Shown here in pieces: positions 29,356 to 38,994 of a DNA stretch of 64,000 bases (position 1 is the stretch's first letter; each line of letters begins with the position of its first letter). Both the position numbers and the translations under genes were made by a program. Under the pieces are notes generated by a model. It ran no database searches, was not told the DNA's origin, and saw only the letters and a list, made by a program, of their open reading frames with translations. This DNA comes from a bacterium (lineage in GTDB: Bacteria > Sysuimicrobiota > Sysuimicrobiia > Sysuimicrobiales > Segetimicrobiaceae), in assembly GCA_035307765.1 (NCBI GenBank), contig DATGHU010000007.1:28117-92116 (forward strand), read 5' to 3'.

Positions 29356-29543
29356 CACGGCATCTCCTCCTCTTCTCTGTCCCTCGTTCGGGAAACGGCG
29401 CGCAGGACCGGGGCCGCCGCGTTCAAGGGGAGCACGGCCTCGCCCTTTCCTGTTCTTCGGGGGGCGCCCCCCTCCCTCCGGAATGCGCGCCCGCACAACG
29501 GCAGCCGGCGGAGAGGCCGGAGAACTCGCCGAGGAGCTCGCGG

Positions 29544-30278
29544 TCACCGCCCCAGGGCAAGCCGCTGGGAGAGCTGCGCCGGAAGATTGTGGGCCGCCAT
29601 TTTCTCCTGGGTCGTCGCGATCGGGTACGAAAGCCGGTGCAGGGTGGCGGTGAGCGGTTCGGTCTCCAGGATGAGGTAGGACGCGCGGGGGTCACCGTCC
29701 CGGGGCTGGCCAACGCTTCCCACGTTGACGATGTGGCGGTCCGAACTGGCGAGACGCATCCGTTTCCCGTCCGGCAGGGCCCGGGCGCTCAGCGTCCCAT
29801 CGGCCTTGAGAACGAACGCACCCGGCACGTGGGAATGCCCAACCAGACAGAGCGAGAAGGGGTGCTCGGAGAAAATGGCCAGGGAAGTGGGGAGATCGAG
29901 GATGTACTCTTCGATCGGATCCCGCGGGCTGCCGTGGACCGCGAGAAAGTCGGGATCCTCCAATCTGTCGGGCAGGGTCATGATCCACCGCCGGGTCTCG
30001 TCGGTCACGACCTCGATCGTCCACTCGATCGCCGCGCGCGCGAGCGGGCTGAAGGCGCTGATGTCGAGCGCGCCGACGGCCGCGCGGTCGTGGTTGCCGG
30101 CGATCGTTCTTCCCCCGAGCTCCCGGATGCGCGACGCGCACTCGTTGGGGTTGGGCCCGTAGCCAACGGTATCGCCGAGACACAAGAAGGCGTCGGGGCG
30201 GTGCCGGCCCGCGTCGGCCAGCACCGTTTCCAGCGCCTCGAGGTTGCCGTGCACGTCGGAGAGGATGGCGTATCGCAC
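29544..30278 (-). CDS. Calcineurin-like metallophosphoesterase (YfcE/MPP family)
   Basis: MRYAILSDVHGN...GDTVGYGP...GNHD motifs; starts 14 nt after hisIE stop. Confidence 0.8.
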   Translation of the reverse strand: MRYAILSDVHGNLEALETVLADAGRHRPDAFLCLGDTVGYGPNPNECASRIRELGGRTIAGNHDRAAVGALDISAFSPLARAAIEWTIEVVTDETRRWIMTLPDRLEDPDFLAVHGSPRDPIEEYILDLPTSLAIFSEHPFSLCLVGHSHVPGAFVLKADGTLSARALPDGKRMRLASSDRHIVNVGSVGQPRDGDPRASYLILETEPLTATLHRLSYPIATTQEKMAAHNLPAQLSQRLALGR

Positions 30279-30292
30279 GGGGAGGGAACGGC

Positions 30293-30973
30293 CTAGCGTC
30301 GCCGCTTCGCGAGTTCGGCAAACACCTCGCCAGGGCTCACCCCAACGAACACCAGGAGGGCCAGCGTGTGGAACCAGAGATCGGCGACTTCCTCAACAAG
30401 GCGTCCGCGGGTCTCCTTCCGGGCGGCCCGAGTCACTTCCGCGGCTTCTTCCATGATCTTCTCATTCAGCCGGGCCAGCCCCTCCGAGAACAGCCGGGTC
30501 GTGTAGGACCCTCCGCGGGGCGTCGCGCGGCGGTCGCTGAGCACGGCCGCGATCTCGCTGAGGACCTCGGCGTCACCGCGGCCGGGTCGCTCGGCCCGGC
30601 CCTCCGGCTCCACCGCTGTAGAGTCGACGGCGATGGCCGCCTCGCCGTCTCGCTGCGCGACCCCCCGGTAGAAGCAGGAACGGTGCCCGGTATGGCACGC
30701 CGCTCCCGTTTGCTCAACCCGAAGCAGCAGCGCGTCGCCGTCGCAGTCCGCCCGAACCTCCGTCACGCGCTGAGTGTGCCCCGACGTCTCGCCCTTACGC
30801 CAGAGCTGACGTCGGCTGCGGCTCCAGTACCATCCTTCTCCGGTCTGCAGGGTCCGACGCAGGGCTTCCCGATCCATGTGCGCAACCATCAGCACCTCGC
30901 CGCTGGCGCTATCCTGCGCCACCACGGCCACCAGCCCGTCCGCATCGAACCGTATGCTTCCGCTCTCGTCCAT
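30293..30973 (-). CDS. hisI: Bifunctional phosphoribosyl-AMP cyclohydrolase / phosphoribosyl-ATP pyrophosphatase
   Basis: HisI ([10 protein letters not shown]) fused to HisE (EEAAEV...) domains; ATG 30973 with GGGAGGA SD. Confidence 0.9.
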   Translation of the reverse strand: MDESGSIRFDADGLVAVVAQDSASGEVLMVAHMDREALRRTLQTGEGWYWSRSRRQLWRKGETSGHTQRVTEVRADCDGDALLLRVEQTGAACHTGHRSCFYRGVAQRDGEAAIAVDSTAVEPEGRAERPGRGDAEVLSEIAAVLSDRRATPRGGSYTTRLFSEGLARLNEKIMEEAAEVTRAARKETRGRLVEEVADLWFHTLALLVFVGVSPGEVFAELAKRRR

Positions 30974-30989
30974 CTCACGGTCCTCCCGT

Positions 30990-31748
30990 TCACCGGCGAA
31001 CAGGGATCCTCGCGGCGGCCATCTCGGCCTTCGCCTCGGAGATGCTGTACCGCCGGAAGTGAAACATGGACGCGGCGAGCACGGCATCCGCGTCCGCGTG
31101 CTCGATGACCTCCACGAAGTGCCGGGGATGGCCCGCGCCCCCCGAAGCGATGACGGGCACCCGCACCGCTTGCGTGACGGCCCGGGTCAGGGCAAGATCG
31201 TACCCGTCTTCGTGCCCGTCCCGGTCCATGCTCGTGATCAGCAGCTCCCCCGCCCCCAGGTCCACGGCCTGGTGGGCCCAAGCGACGGCGTCTCGATTCG
31301 CCGGTGTCCGGCCCCCGTGCGTGTAGACTTCCCACCGCCCGGGCGCCTCCTGGCGCGCGTCGATCGCGACGACGATGCACTGGCTGCCGAAGCGCAGGGC
31401 CGCCTCCCGAATCAACTCGGGCCGCTGAATCGCCGCCGTGTTCAGGCCGACCTTGTCCGCGCCGGCGTTCAGCATCCGGCGGAGATCTTCAACGGTACGC
31501 AGGCCGCCGCCCACCGTGAACGGGATCGTGAGCGTGTCGGCCGTCCGCCGGACCACCTCCTCCATGATCCCGCGTCGCTCGTGGCTGGCCGTGATGTCCA
31601 AGAAGACGATCTCGTCGGCACCCTCGCGATCGTACAAGACCGCCAGTTCAACCGGGTCGCCCGCATCGCGCAGGTTCACGAAACTCGTGCCCTTGACGAC
31701 CCGCCCTGCGTCGACGTCGAGGCAGGGGATCACTCGCCGCGCCAGCAT
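30990..31748 (-). CDS. hisF: Imidazole glycerol phosphate synthase cyclase subunit
   Basis: 252 aa; RVIPCLDV...; full HisF similarity. Confidence 0.95.
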   Translation of the reverse strand: MLARRVIPCLDVDAGRVVKGTSFVNLRDAGDPVELAVLYDREGADEIVFLDITASHERRGIMEEVVRRTADTLTIPFTVGGGLRTVEDLRRMLNAGADKVGLNTAAIQRPELIREAALRFGSQCIVVAIDARQEAPGRWEVYTHGGRTPANRDAVAWAHQAVDLGAGELLITSMDRDGHEDGYDLALTRAVTQAVRVPVIASGGAGHPRHFVEVIEHADADAVLAASMFHFRRYSISEAKAEMAAARIPVRR

Positions 31749-31752
31749 CGCT

Positions 31753-32475
31753 TCACGCGGCCGCGGCCAAGAGGTCCTCGAGCCGGACGCGCCCCTCGTA
31801 GAGGGCCCGGCCGACGATGACGCCCTCCAGCCCCCGGGCCTCGAGCGGCCGGAGGCGCCGGATGTCGCCGGCCGAAGCGATCCCGCCGGCGGCGATCACC
31901 GGGACGTCGACCTCGCGCAGGATTTGTTCGATGGCGCCGACGTTCGGCCCCGCCAGCATCCCGTCCGCGCCGATGTCCGTGTAAATGATCCGCCGGGCGC
32001 CCGCCGCGACGACCTGCGTGGCAACGGCGGACGCGGACAGTCCGGTGCGGGTCACCCACCCCTCCGCCGCCACCTCGCCGCCCCGCGCATCGATCCCCAC
32101 CACCACCCGGTGGCCGAACCGCGCGCACGCTTCCTCAAGCACGTCCCGACGGGACAGGGCGGCGGTTCCCAGGATCACCCGCGCGGCCCCCGCTTCCAAC
32201 CACCGCTCGACCGTCCCCAAATCCCGCATCCCTCCCCCCACCTGGACCGGGATCTCCACCGCGGCGATCAGGCGGCGGATCGCTTCCGCGTTGATTTGGA
32301 TGCCGGTAAACGCGCCGTCAAGGTCGACGACGTGCACCCAGGGGGCGCCGCAGGCCATCCACCGACGGGCCGCGGCGGCCGGGTCGTCGTCGTAGAGATG
32401 CTCACGGTCAGGCGCCCCCTGAACGAGCCGGACGCACCGTCCGCCGCGCACGTCAACCGCCGGCAGCACCAGCAC
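31753..32475 (-). CDS. hisA: ProFAR isomerase
   Basis: 240 aa HisA ([17 protein letters not shown]...). Confidence 0.9.
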   Translation of the reverse strand: MLVLPAVDVRGGRCVRLVQGAPDREHLYDDDPAAAARRWMACGAPWVHVVDLDGAFTGIQINAEAIRRLIAAVEIPVQVGGGMRDLGTVERWLEAGAARVILGTAALSRRDVLEEACARFGHRVVVGIDARGGEVAAEGWVTRTGLSASAVATQVVAAGARRIIYTDIGADGMLAGPNVGAIEQILREVDVPVIAAGGIASAGDIRRLRPLEARGLEGVIVGRALYEGRVRLEDLLAAAA

Positions 32476-33079
32476 CGACAGCCCACCGAGCGAAGTTGGT
32501 CAGCATCCGGATGCCGGCCGCCCCCGACTTCTCCGGGTGAAACTGGGTGGCCCAGACGTTGCCGCTGCCGACGACGGCGGCCAGCTCCCCGCCGTAGTCG
32601 GCCGTGGCCGCCACGAGCGCGGGATTCCCGGGAATCGCGTGGTAGGAATGGATGAAATAGACGTACATCCCCGCCGCGCAGCCGTCCAGGAGTGGGGACG
32701 GGCGAACGATGTTCAGCGCGTTCCACCCCATGTGGGGAGTCTTGACCCCGGTGGAGAGGCGGACGACCCGACCGGGGAGCAGGCCGAGCCCCCTGTGGAC
32801 GCCGTCCTCCTCGCTCTCCTCAAACAGCACCTGCATCCCGAGGCAGATCCCCAAAAACGGCCGCCCCGAGTCGACGAAAGCCAGGATGCGCTCGACGAAT
32901 CCCGCGTCCCGCAGGCGCGCCATCGCCGGGCCAAACGCGCCGTCTCCGGGGACGACCAGCGCATCCGCCTCGGCCAGGGAGCGCGGCGAGTCGGTGACGC
33001 AGACCTCGAGCCCTTGGCGCTCCAGTCCGCGCCGGATGCTCCGGAGGTTGCCGGCGCCGTAGTCCACGATCGCGATCAT
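32453..33079 (-). CDS. hisH: Imidazole glycerol phosphate synthase glutaminase subunit
   Basis: Class I GATase triad (GICLGMQ, HSY, HPE). Confidence 0.9.
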   Translation of the reverse strand: MIAIVDYGAGNLRSIRRGLERQGLEVCVTDSPRSLAEADALVVPGDGAFGPAMARLRDAGFVERILAFVDSGRPFLGICLGMQVLFEESEEDGVHRGLGLLPGRVVRLSTGVKTPHMGWNALNIVRPSPLLDGCAAGMYVYFIHSYHAIPGNPALVAATADYGGELAAVVGSGNVWATQFHPEKSGAAGIRMLTNFARWAVGAGAAGG

Positions 33080-33666
33080 GCGAGCGTCCCCTTGGTCGAC
33101 GGGATGCCCGGGACCCGCGGATCCACCCGCGTCGCCCGGTCGAGCGCCAGGGCAAACGCTTTGAAAACCGCCTCGATGATGTGGTGTGCGTTCCGCCCGT
33201 GCAGGAGCAGGAGGTGCACGGTGATCTCGGCGTTCATCACGAACGCCCGAAAGAACTCTTCGGTGAGGTCCGTGTCGTAGTCCCCCAACCGCTGGCGGGG
33301 CACGGGGATCGCATAGTGGAGATACGGTCGCCCGCTGACATCGACCACGGCCAGGACCAACGCCTCATCGAGCGGCGCGTACTCTGAGGCGTAGCGGTTG
33401 ATCCCCGCGCCGTCCGCGAGGGCTTCGCGCAGGGCCCGGCCGAGCGCGATGCCGACGTCTTCCACGGTGTGGTGCGCGTCAACCTCCAGGTCCCCGCTGG
33501 CGTCGACGGCCAGGTCAAATCGCCCGTGCCGCGCGAGCTGGGCGAGCATGTGGTCGAGAAACGGGAGCCGCGTGCTCCCGGTGTGGGCCCCCGTGCCGTC
33601 AAGGTTCCACGTCACCTCAATGCGCGTCTCCGCGGTCGCGCGGGCCACACGGCCGACGCGGCTCAT
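33076..33666 (-). CDS. hisB: Imidazoleglycerol-phosphate dehydratase (monofunctional, no phosphatase domain)
   Basis: 196 aa IGPD (ETRIEV...HHTVED...HH..EA.FKA); ATG at 33666 forms ATGA with hisD stop; the 532-aa ORF-track call is hisB plus out-of-frame overlap of hisD. Confidence 0.9.
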   Translation of the reverse strand: MSRVGRVARATAETRIEVTWNLDGTGAHTGSTRLPFLDHMLAQLARHGRFDLAVDASGDLEVDAHHTVEDVGIALGRALREALADGAGINRYASEYAPLDEALVLAVVDVSGRPYLHYAIPVPRQRLGDYDTDLTEEFFRAFVMNAEITVHLLLLHGRNAHHIIEAVFKAFALALDRATRVDPRVPGIPSTKGTLA

Positions 33667-34973
33667 GACGGCTCCCTCCGGGCCCGCACCGCGAGCACGT
33701 GCGCCGGGAAGTCCTCGTACTGGCCGAGCCGTTCGACCACCGGCCGCACGCGATCGAGCCCGGCGGCGTCGAGGTGCGCGATCGACGTCGCCTTGAGATA
33801 GCTGAGCACGGTGACCCCCGAGGCGACGCGCGCGAAGCCGCTCGTCGGCAGCGCCGCCGGCACGCCGATCGCATAGTTGGCTGCGGAAAACGGGGTGTCC
33901 TGACCGAGCAGAACCTCGCCGGCGTGGCGAATCTGCAGCAGCGTGGCGAACGGATCTCGCGTCGCAATCTGCAGATGCTCGGGCGCGTAGAGGTTGGCGA
34001 ACGCCACCCCCTGCTCCACGGAATCGACCACGAGCACGCCGCCGTACCGGCTCATCGCCGCCTCGGCAAACTCCCGGCGCCCGGCGGGGAGCTGCGCCAG
34101 ATACCGGGGGAGGCGCTCCCCAACCTCGACCGCGAGCGACGCCGAGGTGACCAGAAGAATCGCAGCGGAGTCCGAACCGTGCTCTGCCTCGTTGAGGAGA
34201 TCGAGGGCCAGCCGGTCCGGATCGGCCGTCTCGTCGGCCAGGATCATGGACTCGGTCGGGCCCAGGAAGGAGAGCAGGCGTACCCCGTAGGCCTGCACGG
34301 CGATCTGGGCGGCGGTGACGTAGGGGTTTCCCGGACCGCCGAGGAGTTCGACGCGTGGCAGCGTCCCCGTCCCAAAGGCCAGTCCGGCGATGCCCGCGAC
34401 TCCGTTGCACCGAAACACCTGCGACACCCCCAACAGTTCCGCGGCGACGAGGACGGCAGGGTCCACGCCTCCGTCCTTTCGGGGGGGGACTACGACGGCG
34501 ACATCGGTGACCCCGGCCACGATCGCCGGGGTCACCAGCGTGATCAATGTGGACGGGAACGCTCCCTTCCCGCTGGGGATGTACACTCCGACGCTCTCGA
34601 CGGGAGCAAATTTGACGCCCGTGGTCAGGCCGGCCTCCAGCTCCTCGAGCCGCAGCGCGGCGGGACGGAGCCATTCGTTGAACCGCCTCGCCCGGTCGAT
34701 GCTGACGGCGAGGGCCGTCCGGAGCCCGCCGTCCACGGCCTCGTGGGCGGCGCGGAACTCCTGGCGGTCCACCCGGAGGCGATCCGAAGACAGGGTCACG
34801 CCGTCATGCCGCTGCGTCTGCTCCACGATTGCGGGGTCCCCCCGCTCCCGGACGTCCTCCACAATCGCACGCACGTGGGCGGCGCGGTCGGCGTCGAACA
34901 CGTCGGCCCTCGACCGCTGCAGAATCTGCCGCAACCGTCCCGGAGAAACCTCTGCCAGCCGTTGAATCTCCAC
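33663..34973 (-). CDS. hisD: Histidinol dehydrogenase
   Basis: 436 aa full-length HisD similarity. Confidence 0.95.
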   Translation of the reverse strand: MEIQRLAEVSPGRLRQILQRSRADVFDADRAAHVRAIVEDVRERGDPAIVEQTQRHDGVTLSSDRLRVDRQEFRAAHEAVDGGLRTALAVSIDRARRFNEWLRPAALRLEELEAGLTTGVKFAPVESVGVYIPSGKGAFPSTLITLVTPAIVAGVTDVAVVVPPRKDGGVDPAVLVAAELLGVSQVFRCNGVAGIAGLAFGTGTLPRVELLGGPGNPYVTAAQIAVQAYGVRLLSFLGPTESMILADETADPDRLALDLLNEAEHGSDSAAILLVTSASLAVEVGERLPRYLAQLPAGRREFAEAAMSRYGGVLVVDSVEQGVAFANLYAPEHLQIATRDPFATLLQIRHAGEVLLGQDTPFSAANYAIGVPAALPTSGFARVASGVTVLSYLKATSIAHLDAAGLDRVRPVVERLGQYEDFPAHVLAVRARREPS

Positions 34974-34988
34974 CCCCGGCCTCTCCTT

Positions 34989-35633
34989 CTACACCGATGA
35001 TCGGGCCCGCGCCGAGGCCGCCTCTCGCATTCGCTCCACCACGGTCCGCACCGCCTCCGCCCGGGTTCGCAGGCTCACCCGGTTGACGACCAGCCGCGCC
35101 GAGGAGCGGAACACCTCTGTCACCTCCAGGAGATGGTTCTCCACCAGCGTGCGGCCGGTCATCACCAGGTCGAGAATCCCGTCCGCCACCCCCACCTGGG
35201 GAGCCAGCTCGACGGTCCCGTTCATCTCGACGACCTCCACCGACCGCCCCTGCCCCCAGAAGTACCGCTCGGTGACCCGCGGGTATTTGGTGGCGATCCG
35301 AATCGGGCTCAGCGCCTCCCACCCCGCGGCTTTCTCCTCGGGGAACGCGACGATGCCGCGGCAAGCGCCGAAGCCGAGATCGACCAGCTCGTAGACATCC
35401 CGCCCCTGCTCGAGGAGCATGTCCTTACCGACGATCCCAAGATCGGCGGCCCCGTGCTCGACGTACGTCAGCAGGTCGGCGGGCTTGGCGATCAGGCATC
35501 GAACGTGCGGGTCCAGACATGGAAGAATGAGGCGGCGGGTCGTCCGCCACGTCTCCGCGGTCAGATAGCCCGCGGCTTCGAGGGTGCGCATCGAGTCCTC
35601 GAGCAGTCGACCGGAGGCCACCGCCACGGTCAT
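34989..35633 (-). CDS. hisG: ATP phosphoribosyltransferase, short form
   Basis: About 214 aa HisG-S; ATG 35633 overlaps hisZ stop (ATGA); ORF-track extension Arg/Gly-rich artifact. Confidence 0.9.
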   Translation of the reverse strand: MTVAVASGRLLEDSMRTLEAAGYLTAETWRTTRRLILPCLDPHVRCLIAKPADLLTYVEHGAADLGIVGKDMLLEQGRDVYELVDLGFGACRGIVAFPEEKAAGWEALSPIRIATKYPRVTERYFWGQGRSVEVVEMNGTVELAPQVGVADGILDLVMTGRTLVENHLLEVTEVFRSSARLVVNRVSLRTRAEAVRTVVERMREAASARARSSV

Positions 35634-36910
35634 GAGGCCCACGGCGCACTCCCATTCCCCGGGTGGCCGGCCAGCAGGTCGGCCACCGCCACCGACTGCT
35701 CGTGGCCGTCCGCGTCGCGGACGACGGCGCGCCCGCCGGTCACCAGCACCGCACGAGGCGTGCCGGCGGCGAACGCCCCCCGCGCCATCTCCTCCCACGG
35801 CCGCCCCAGGATCTCCACGGTCACGGACAGTTCCCGCTCCCGCAGCGCCCGAGCCAGCCGCAGCGCCTCGGTTCGGTCTTCGGCCGTAAACGCCACCGCC
35901 ACATCGGCCGCCCCTCCCTCTTCGTCACGACTGGGAGATGCGGCGAGAACCCGGTCGACTCGCACCGCGAACCCGGTCGCGGGATACGGCGCGCCGAACC
36001 CTTCGAGCAACCGGTCATACCGCCCGCCGCCGAGCAGCGGAAAGCCCAGCACCGCGGTGTGTCCTTCGAAGACGATGCCGGTGTAGTAGTCGAAGTCGCG
36101 AATGATGCCGAGGTCCACCCGGACGGCGCCGCCCACCCCGTACGCTTCCAGTATCTCGGCCAGCGCTTCGAGATCGCGCAGCACACCCCGGGTCTCCCGC
36201 GTCTCGGCCACCCGACGCGCCTCCTGGATGGCGTGGGGACCGCTCAGCGTCGGCAGCGCCATCAACGCGTCGCCGCGCGCCGCCGGCACGCCGTAGCGAT
36301 CCAGCGCCGCGCGGAGCCCGACGAAGTCTTTCTGGTACAGGAGCGCCCGCACTTCCGCGGCGCCCTCCTCCGACAGCCCCAGGGCGCCGAGCACGCCCCG
36401 AAGAAACCCCACGTGGCCGAGGCTGACCGAACATTCCACGGCACCCGACGCGGCCAACGCGTCCACGGCAAGGGCCACGATCTCCGCGTCGGCTTCCAGG
36501 GTATCCGACCCGATCAGCTCGGCCCCTACCTGCGGAAACTCCCGCAGCCGGCCCGACCCCGTCTCCGATCCGCGGAATACCTGCCCGGCGTAGGCCAGGC
36601 GTAGCGGCAGCGGTTGGGCGCGCAAATGGGTGGTGACCAACCGGGCGACCGGCGTCGTCATCTCCGGCCGCAGCGCGAGCAGTTCGCCGCCGCGGTCCAC
36701 CAACTTAAACAGCCGATCCCCGGCCTCGGTGCCTTCCCCGCGGACCAGGGTGTCGAAATATTCGATCGTCGGCGTCACCACCTCGTGGTAGCCCCATCGC
36801 TGCATCCGCGAGATGATGCCGTCGGTGATCGTCCGCGCCCGCGCGGATTCATCGGGGAGGAGATCGCGCATCCCCGAAGGGATCTGTTGCCATCGTTCAC
36901 GTCGCATCAT
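35630..36910 (-). CDS. hisZ: ATP phosphoribosyltransferase regulatory subunit (HisS paralog)
   Basis: 426 aa class-II aaRS-like catalytic core without anticodon-binding domain; precedes short hisG. Confidence 0.85.
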   Translation of the reverse strand: MMRRERWQQIPSGMRDLLPDESARARTITDGIISRMQRWGYHEVVTPTIEYFDTLVRGEGTEAGDRLFKLVDRGGELLALRPEMTTPVARLVTTHLRAQPLPLRLAYAGQVFRGSETGSGRLREFPQVGAELIGSDTLEADAEIVALAVDALAASGAVECSVSLGHVGFLRGVLGALGLSEEGAAEVRALLYQKDFVGLRAALDRYGVPAARGDALMALPTLSGPHAIQEARRVAETRETRGVLRDLEALAEILEAYGVGGAVRVDLGIIRDFDYYTGIVFEGHTAVLGFPLLGGGRYDRLLEGFGAPYPATGFAVRVDRVLAASPSRDEEGGAADVAVAFTAEDRTEALRLARALRERELSVTVEILGRPWEEMARGAFAAGTPRAVLVTGGRAVVRDADGHEQSVAVADLLAGHPGNGSAPWAS

Positions 36911-36929
36911 GCCGGTCGGTTGGTCCTTT

Positions 36930-36945
36930 CTTTATCATGATAAAG
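36930..36945 (-). promoter_or_regulatory. Perfect 16-bp palindrome CTTTATCATGATAAAG in his 5' UTR (candidate operator or RNA hairpin), 20 nt upstream of hisZ ATG
   Basis: Seen directly; only AT-rich patch in a GC-rich region. Confidence 0.35.
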
Positions 36946-36970
36946 CGATACAGTATCAAAGTGCCGTGTA

Positions 36971-37000
36971 ATCGTAGCACACGCCGCGACGAGGTGTCAA
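36971..37000 (-). promoter_or_regulatory. Putative his operon promoter (TTGACA-N18-TACGAT)
   Basis: Minus-strand read; same architecture as nuo promoter candidate. Confidence 0.35.
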
Positions 37001-37061
37001 CCGTTCGGATGGAGTCCAACGAAGAAGCGCCCCGCCCCCACGGCGAAGCGCCGCGCACAGC

Positions 37062-37475
37062 CTAGGCACCCGGCGCCGATGGGTTGGTCGCGGCCCCCCT
37101 CGACCTCCCCCGCCGGATGTAGAGCACCGCAATCGCCAATCCCAGGATCAACGCGGCGGGCGGCCCGGCGTACAGGAGAAGGGCGGCGCCGCCGGGGTGC
37201 GGCTCGGCCAGGACGCTCTCCCCGAACTGCCCCACGAAGAACTGGAGGATCTGGTCCGGCGTCTCCCCCGCCGCCAGCTTTTCGCGGATGATCGTCTTCA
37301 TTTCCCTCGCCAAGGTGGAGTCGCTTTCGGCGACGGTCTGGCCGACGCAGACCGGGCACATCAATTGGCGGGCCACGGCGTAGGCCCGGTCGTCAAGCGT
37401 CTCCGCCGATACGGCGGCAGCGGTGCACGCGATCGCGCAGAGGACCCAGGCGGCGAGGGAGGTCGCCCGCCTCAC
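37062..37475 (-). CDS. CcmH/CycL/NrfF-like cytochrome c biogenesis protein (signal peptide, CPVC motif)
   Basis: LMCPVCVGQTVAESDS...TPDQILQFFVGQFGESVL matches CcmH N-domain; GTG start overlapping upstream stop (GTGA); ORF-track extension spurious. Confidence 0.65.
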   Translation of the reverse strand: MRRATSLAAWVLCAIACTAAAVSAETLDDRAYAVARQLMCPVCVGQTVAESDSTLAREMKTIIREKLAAGETPDQILQFFVGQFGESVLAEPHPGGAALLLYAGPPAALILGLAIAVLYIRRGRSRGAATNPSAPGA

Positions 37476-37795
37476 CGCCCCCGCCTCCGAGACGGGGCGG
37501 CGGACGGCTCGCCCAGGCGCTTCAACACCAGGACATACCCGTCGGCCCCGTAGGTCAGGTAGCGGCGCACGCGGCTGATCGTCGCCGAGGACGCGCCGGT
37601 GCGTGAAGCGATCTCCTGGTACGTCTTCCCGTGGGCCAGCATCCGCGCCACCGCAAACCGCTGCGCCAGCGCCTTGACCTCCCCGATCGTGCACAGATCC
37701 TCGAAGAAGCGGTAGCACTCTTCCACGGTCCGGAGCTGAAGGACCGCTCGAAAGAGCCCGTCAGCGAGGAGGTCGCGAAGTTTCGGATTGGCCAC
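37472..37795 (-). CDS. YerC/YecD family TrpR-like DNA-binding protein
   Basis: 107 aa; CYRFFEDLCTIGEVKALAQRF...TYQEIASRTGASSATISRV characteristic. Confidence 0.75.
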   Translation of the reverse strand: MANPKLRDLLADGLFRAVLQLRTVEECYRFFEDLCTIGEVKALAQRFAVARMLAHGKTYQEIASRTGASSATISRVRRYLTYGADGYVLVLKRLGEPSAAPSRRRGR

Positions 37796-37807
37796 GCGAA
37801 CGTCCCT

Positions 37808-38824
37808 TCAGCCCTGTGCTCGGTCGCCGGGCAGCTTTCGGACGGCCTTCGTAGATTGGGCGGTTTCTTCCTCCTCCGCACCGCGTCCGGCGTGCGCCGC
37901 GGCACCGCTCCGTTCGTGTGGCCGGAGCACCGCGACCACGGCGAAATTGAGCGGGGTGGCCACGCCGCACTCACGTCCCATCCGGACGACGGCGCCGCAG
38001 AGGGCGTCAAGCTCCATCCGCCGTCCCCCGGCGAGATCGTTGTGCAGCGACGAGAATGTGTGAAACCCCTTCCCCGCCACCAATTCTTCGGCGATCCGTA
38101 TCTGTCGGTCGACCACTCCCGACAGCGGGATCCCCCGGGCCGCCCCCACCGCGGCGGCTTCTTCCATCAGCCCCCGGTACATCGTCCGCGACTCGGGGTG
38201 CCGCAACACCTCACCCACCGGCACGCGCGCCGACGCGGTCATCCCGGCGTTCGCGCAGATGAACACGAACTTCTCCCAAAGGCGCCGAACGATCTCGGTC
38301 GTTCCGTCCGCCCCAACACCTGCCCGCCGGAGTGTCCCCTCGATCGTGCGGACGCGCGGTGTCATGGATCCGTCCATCTCGCCAAAAACGATGTCCCCCG
38401 TCGGGCCGGTGTGCCGGATCACGCCGGGGGCCTCAACCGCGGCGGAGACATAGGTTACCCCGCCGAGAATGCGCCGGGGGCCGTAGATCGCCCCCAGGCG
38501 GTCCTCGGTCTCGACGCCGTTCTGCAGGCAGAGAATCGCGGTCTCGGGCCCGACCGCCGGGCGGATGACTTCCGCGGCCTCCTCAACGTCGTAGGTCTTG
38601 ACGGCGAACACGATGAGGTCGACCGGGCCTGCGCCGTCCGCCCGCCCCGCCGCCTGCACCCGCAGCGCAAAATCGCCGTCCGGGCTAATGACCCGCAACC
38701 CGCGCGATCGCAGGGCCTCGAGGTGAGCGCCGCGAGCCACGAAGGTGACGTCCTCGCCGGCGCGCCGCAGGAGTCCCCCGAAGTACCCTCCGAGGCCGCC
38801 CGTCCCCATGATGAGCAGCTTCAT
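37808..38824 (-). CDS. panE: 2-dehydropantoate 2-reductase (ApbA/PanE family)
   Basis: MKLLIMGTGGLGGYFGG Rossmann start; ApbA_C region. Confidence 0.8.
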   Translation of the reverse strand: MKLLIMGTGGLGGYFGGLLRRAGEDVTFVARGAHLEALRSRGLRVISPDGDFALRVQAAGRADGAGPVDLIVFAVKTYDVEEAAEVIRPAVGPETAILCLQNGVETEDRLGAIYGPRRILGGVTYVSAAVEAPGVIRHTGPTGDIVFGEMDGSMTPRVRTIEGTLRRAGVGADGTTEIVRRLWEKFVFICANAGMTASARVPVGEVLRHPESRTMYRGLMEEAAAVGAARGIPLSGVVDRQIRIAEELVAGKGFHTFSSLHNDLAGGRRMELDALCGAVVRMGRECGVATPLNFAVVAVLRPHERSGAAAHAGRGAEEEETAQSTKAVRKLPGDRAQG

Positions 38825-38994
38825 TTCCTCACCTCACAGGCAGCGGCGCGCACCCTCGCCACCCATCCCCGCCGAAATCCCGCCGTTCCGGCGGAGTGCG
38901 CACCGACCGCTGCCAACCCGGCGGGACATCAGGAGCGGGTGTACGCCGGTCATGGTCGCGGCGGCCCGGAGACGGCCGGGTCACCGGCCGTGGA

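Noticed and set aside
33076-34674. 532-aa ORF-track call
   Set aside because: Only the C-terminal 196 aa is hisB. The rest is an out-of-frame overlap of hisD.
38830-38900. Hairpin CCGCCGGAACGGCGG downstream of leuB as operon terminator
   Set aside because: Short stem with only a weak GAUUUCGG tail. It could equally be read-through into panE, so it is not reported as a feature.
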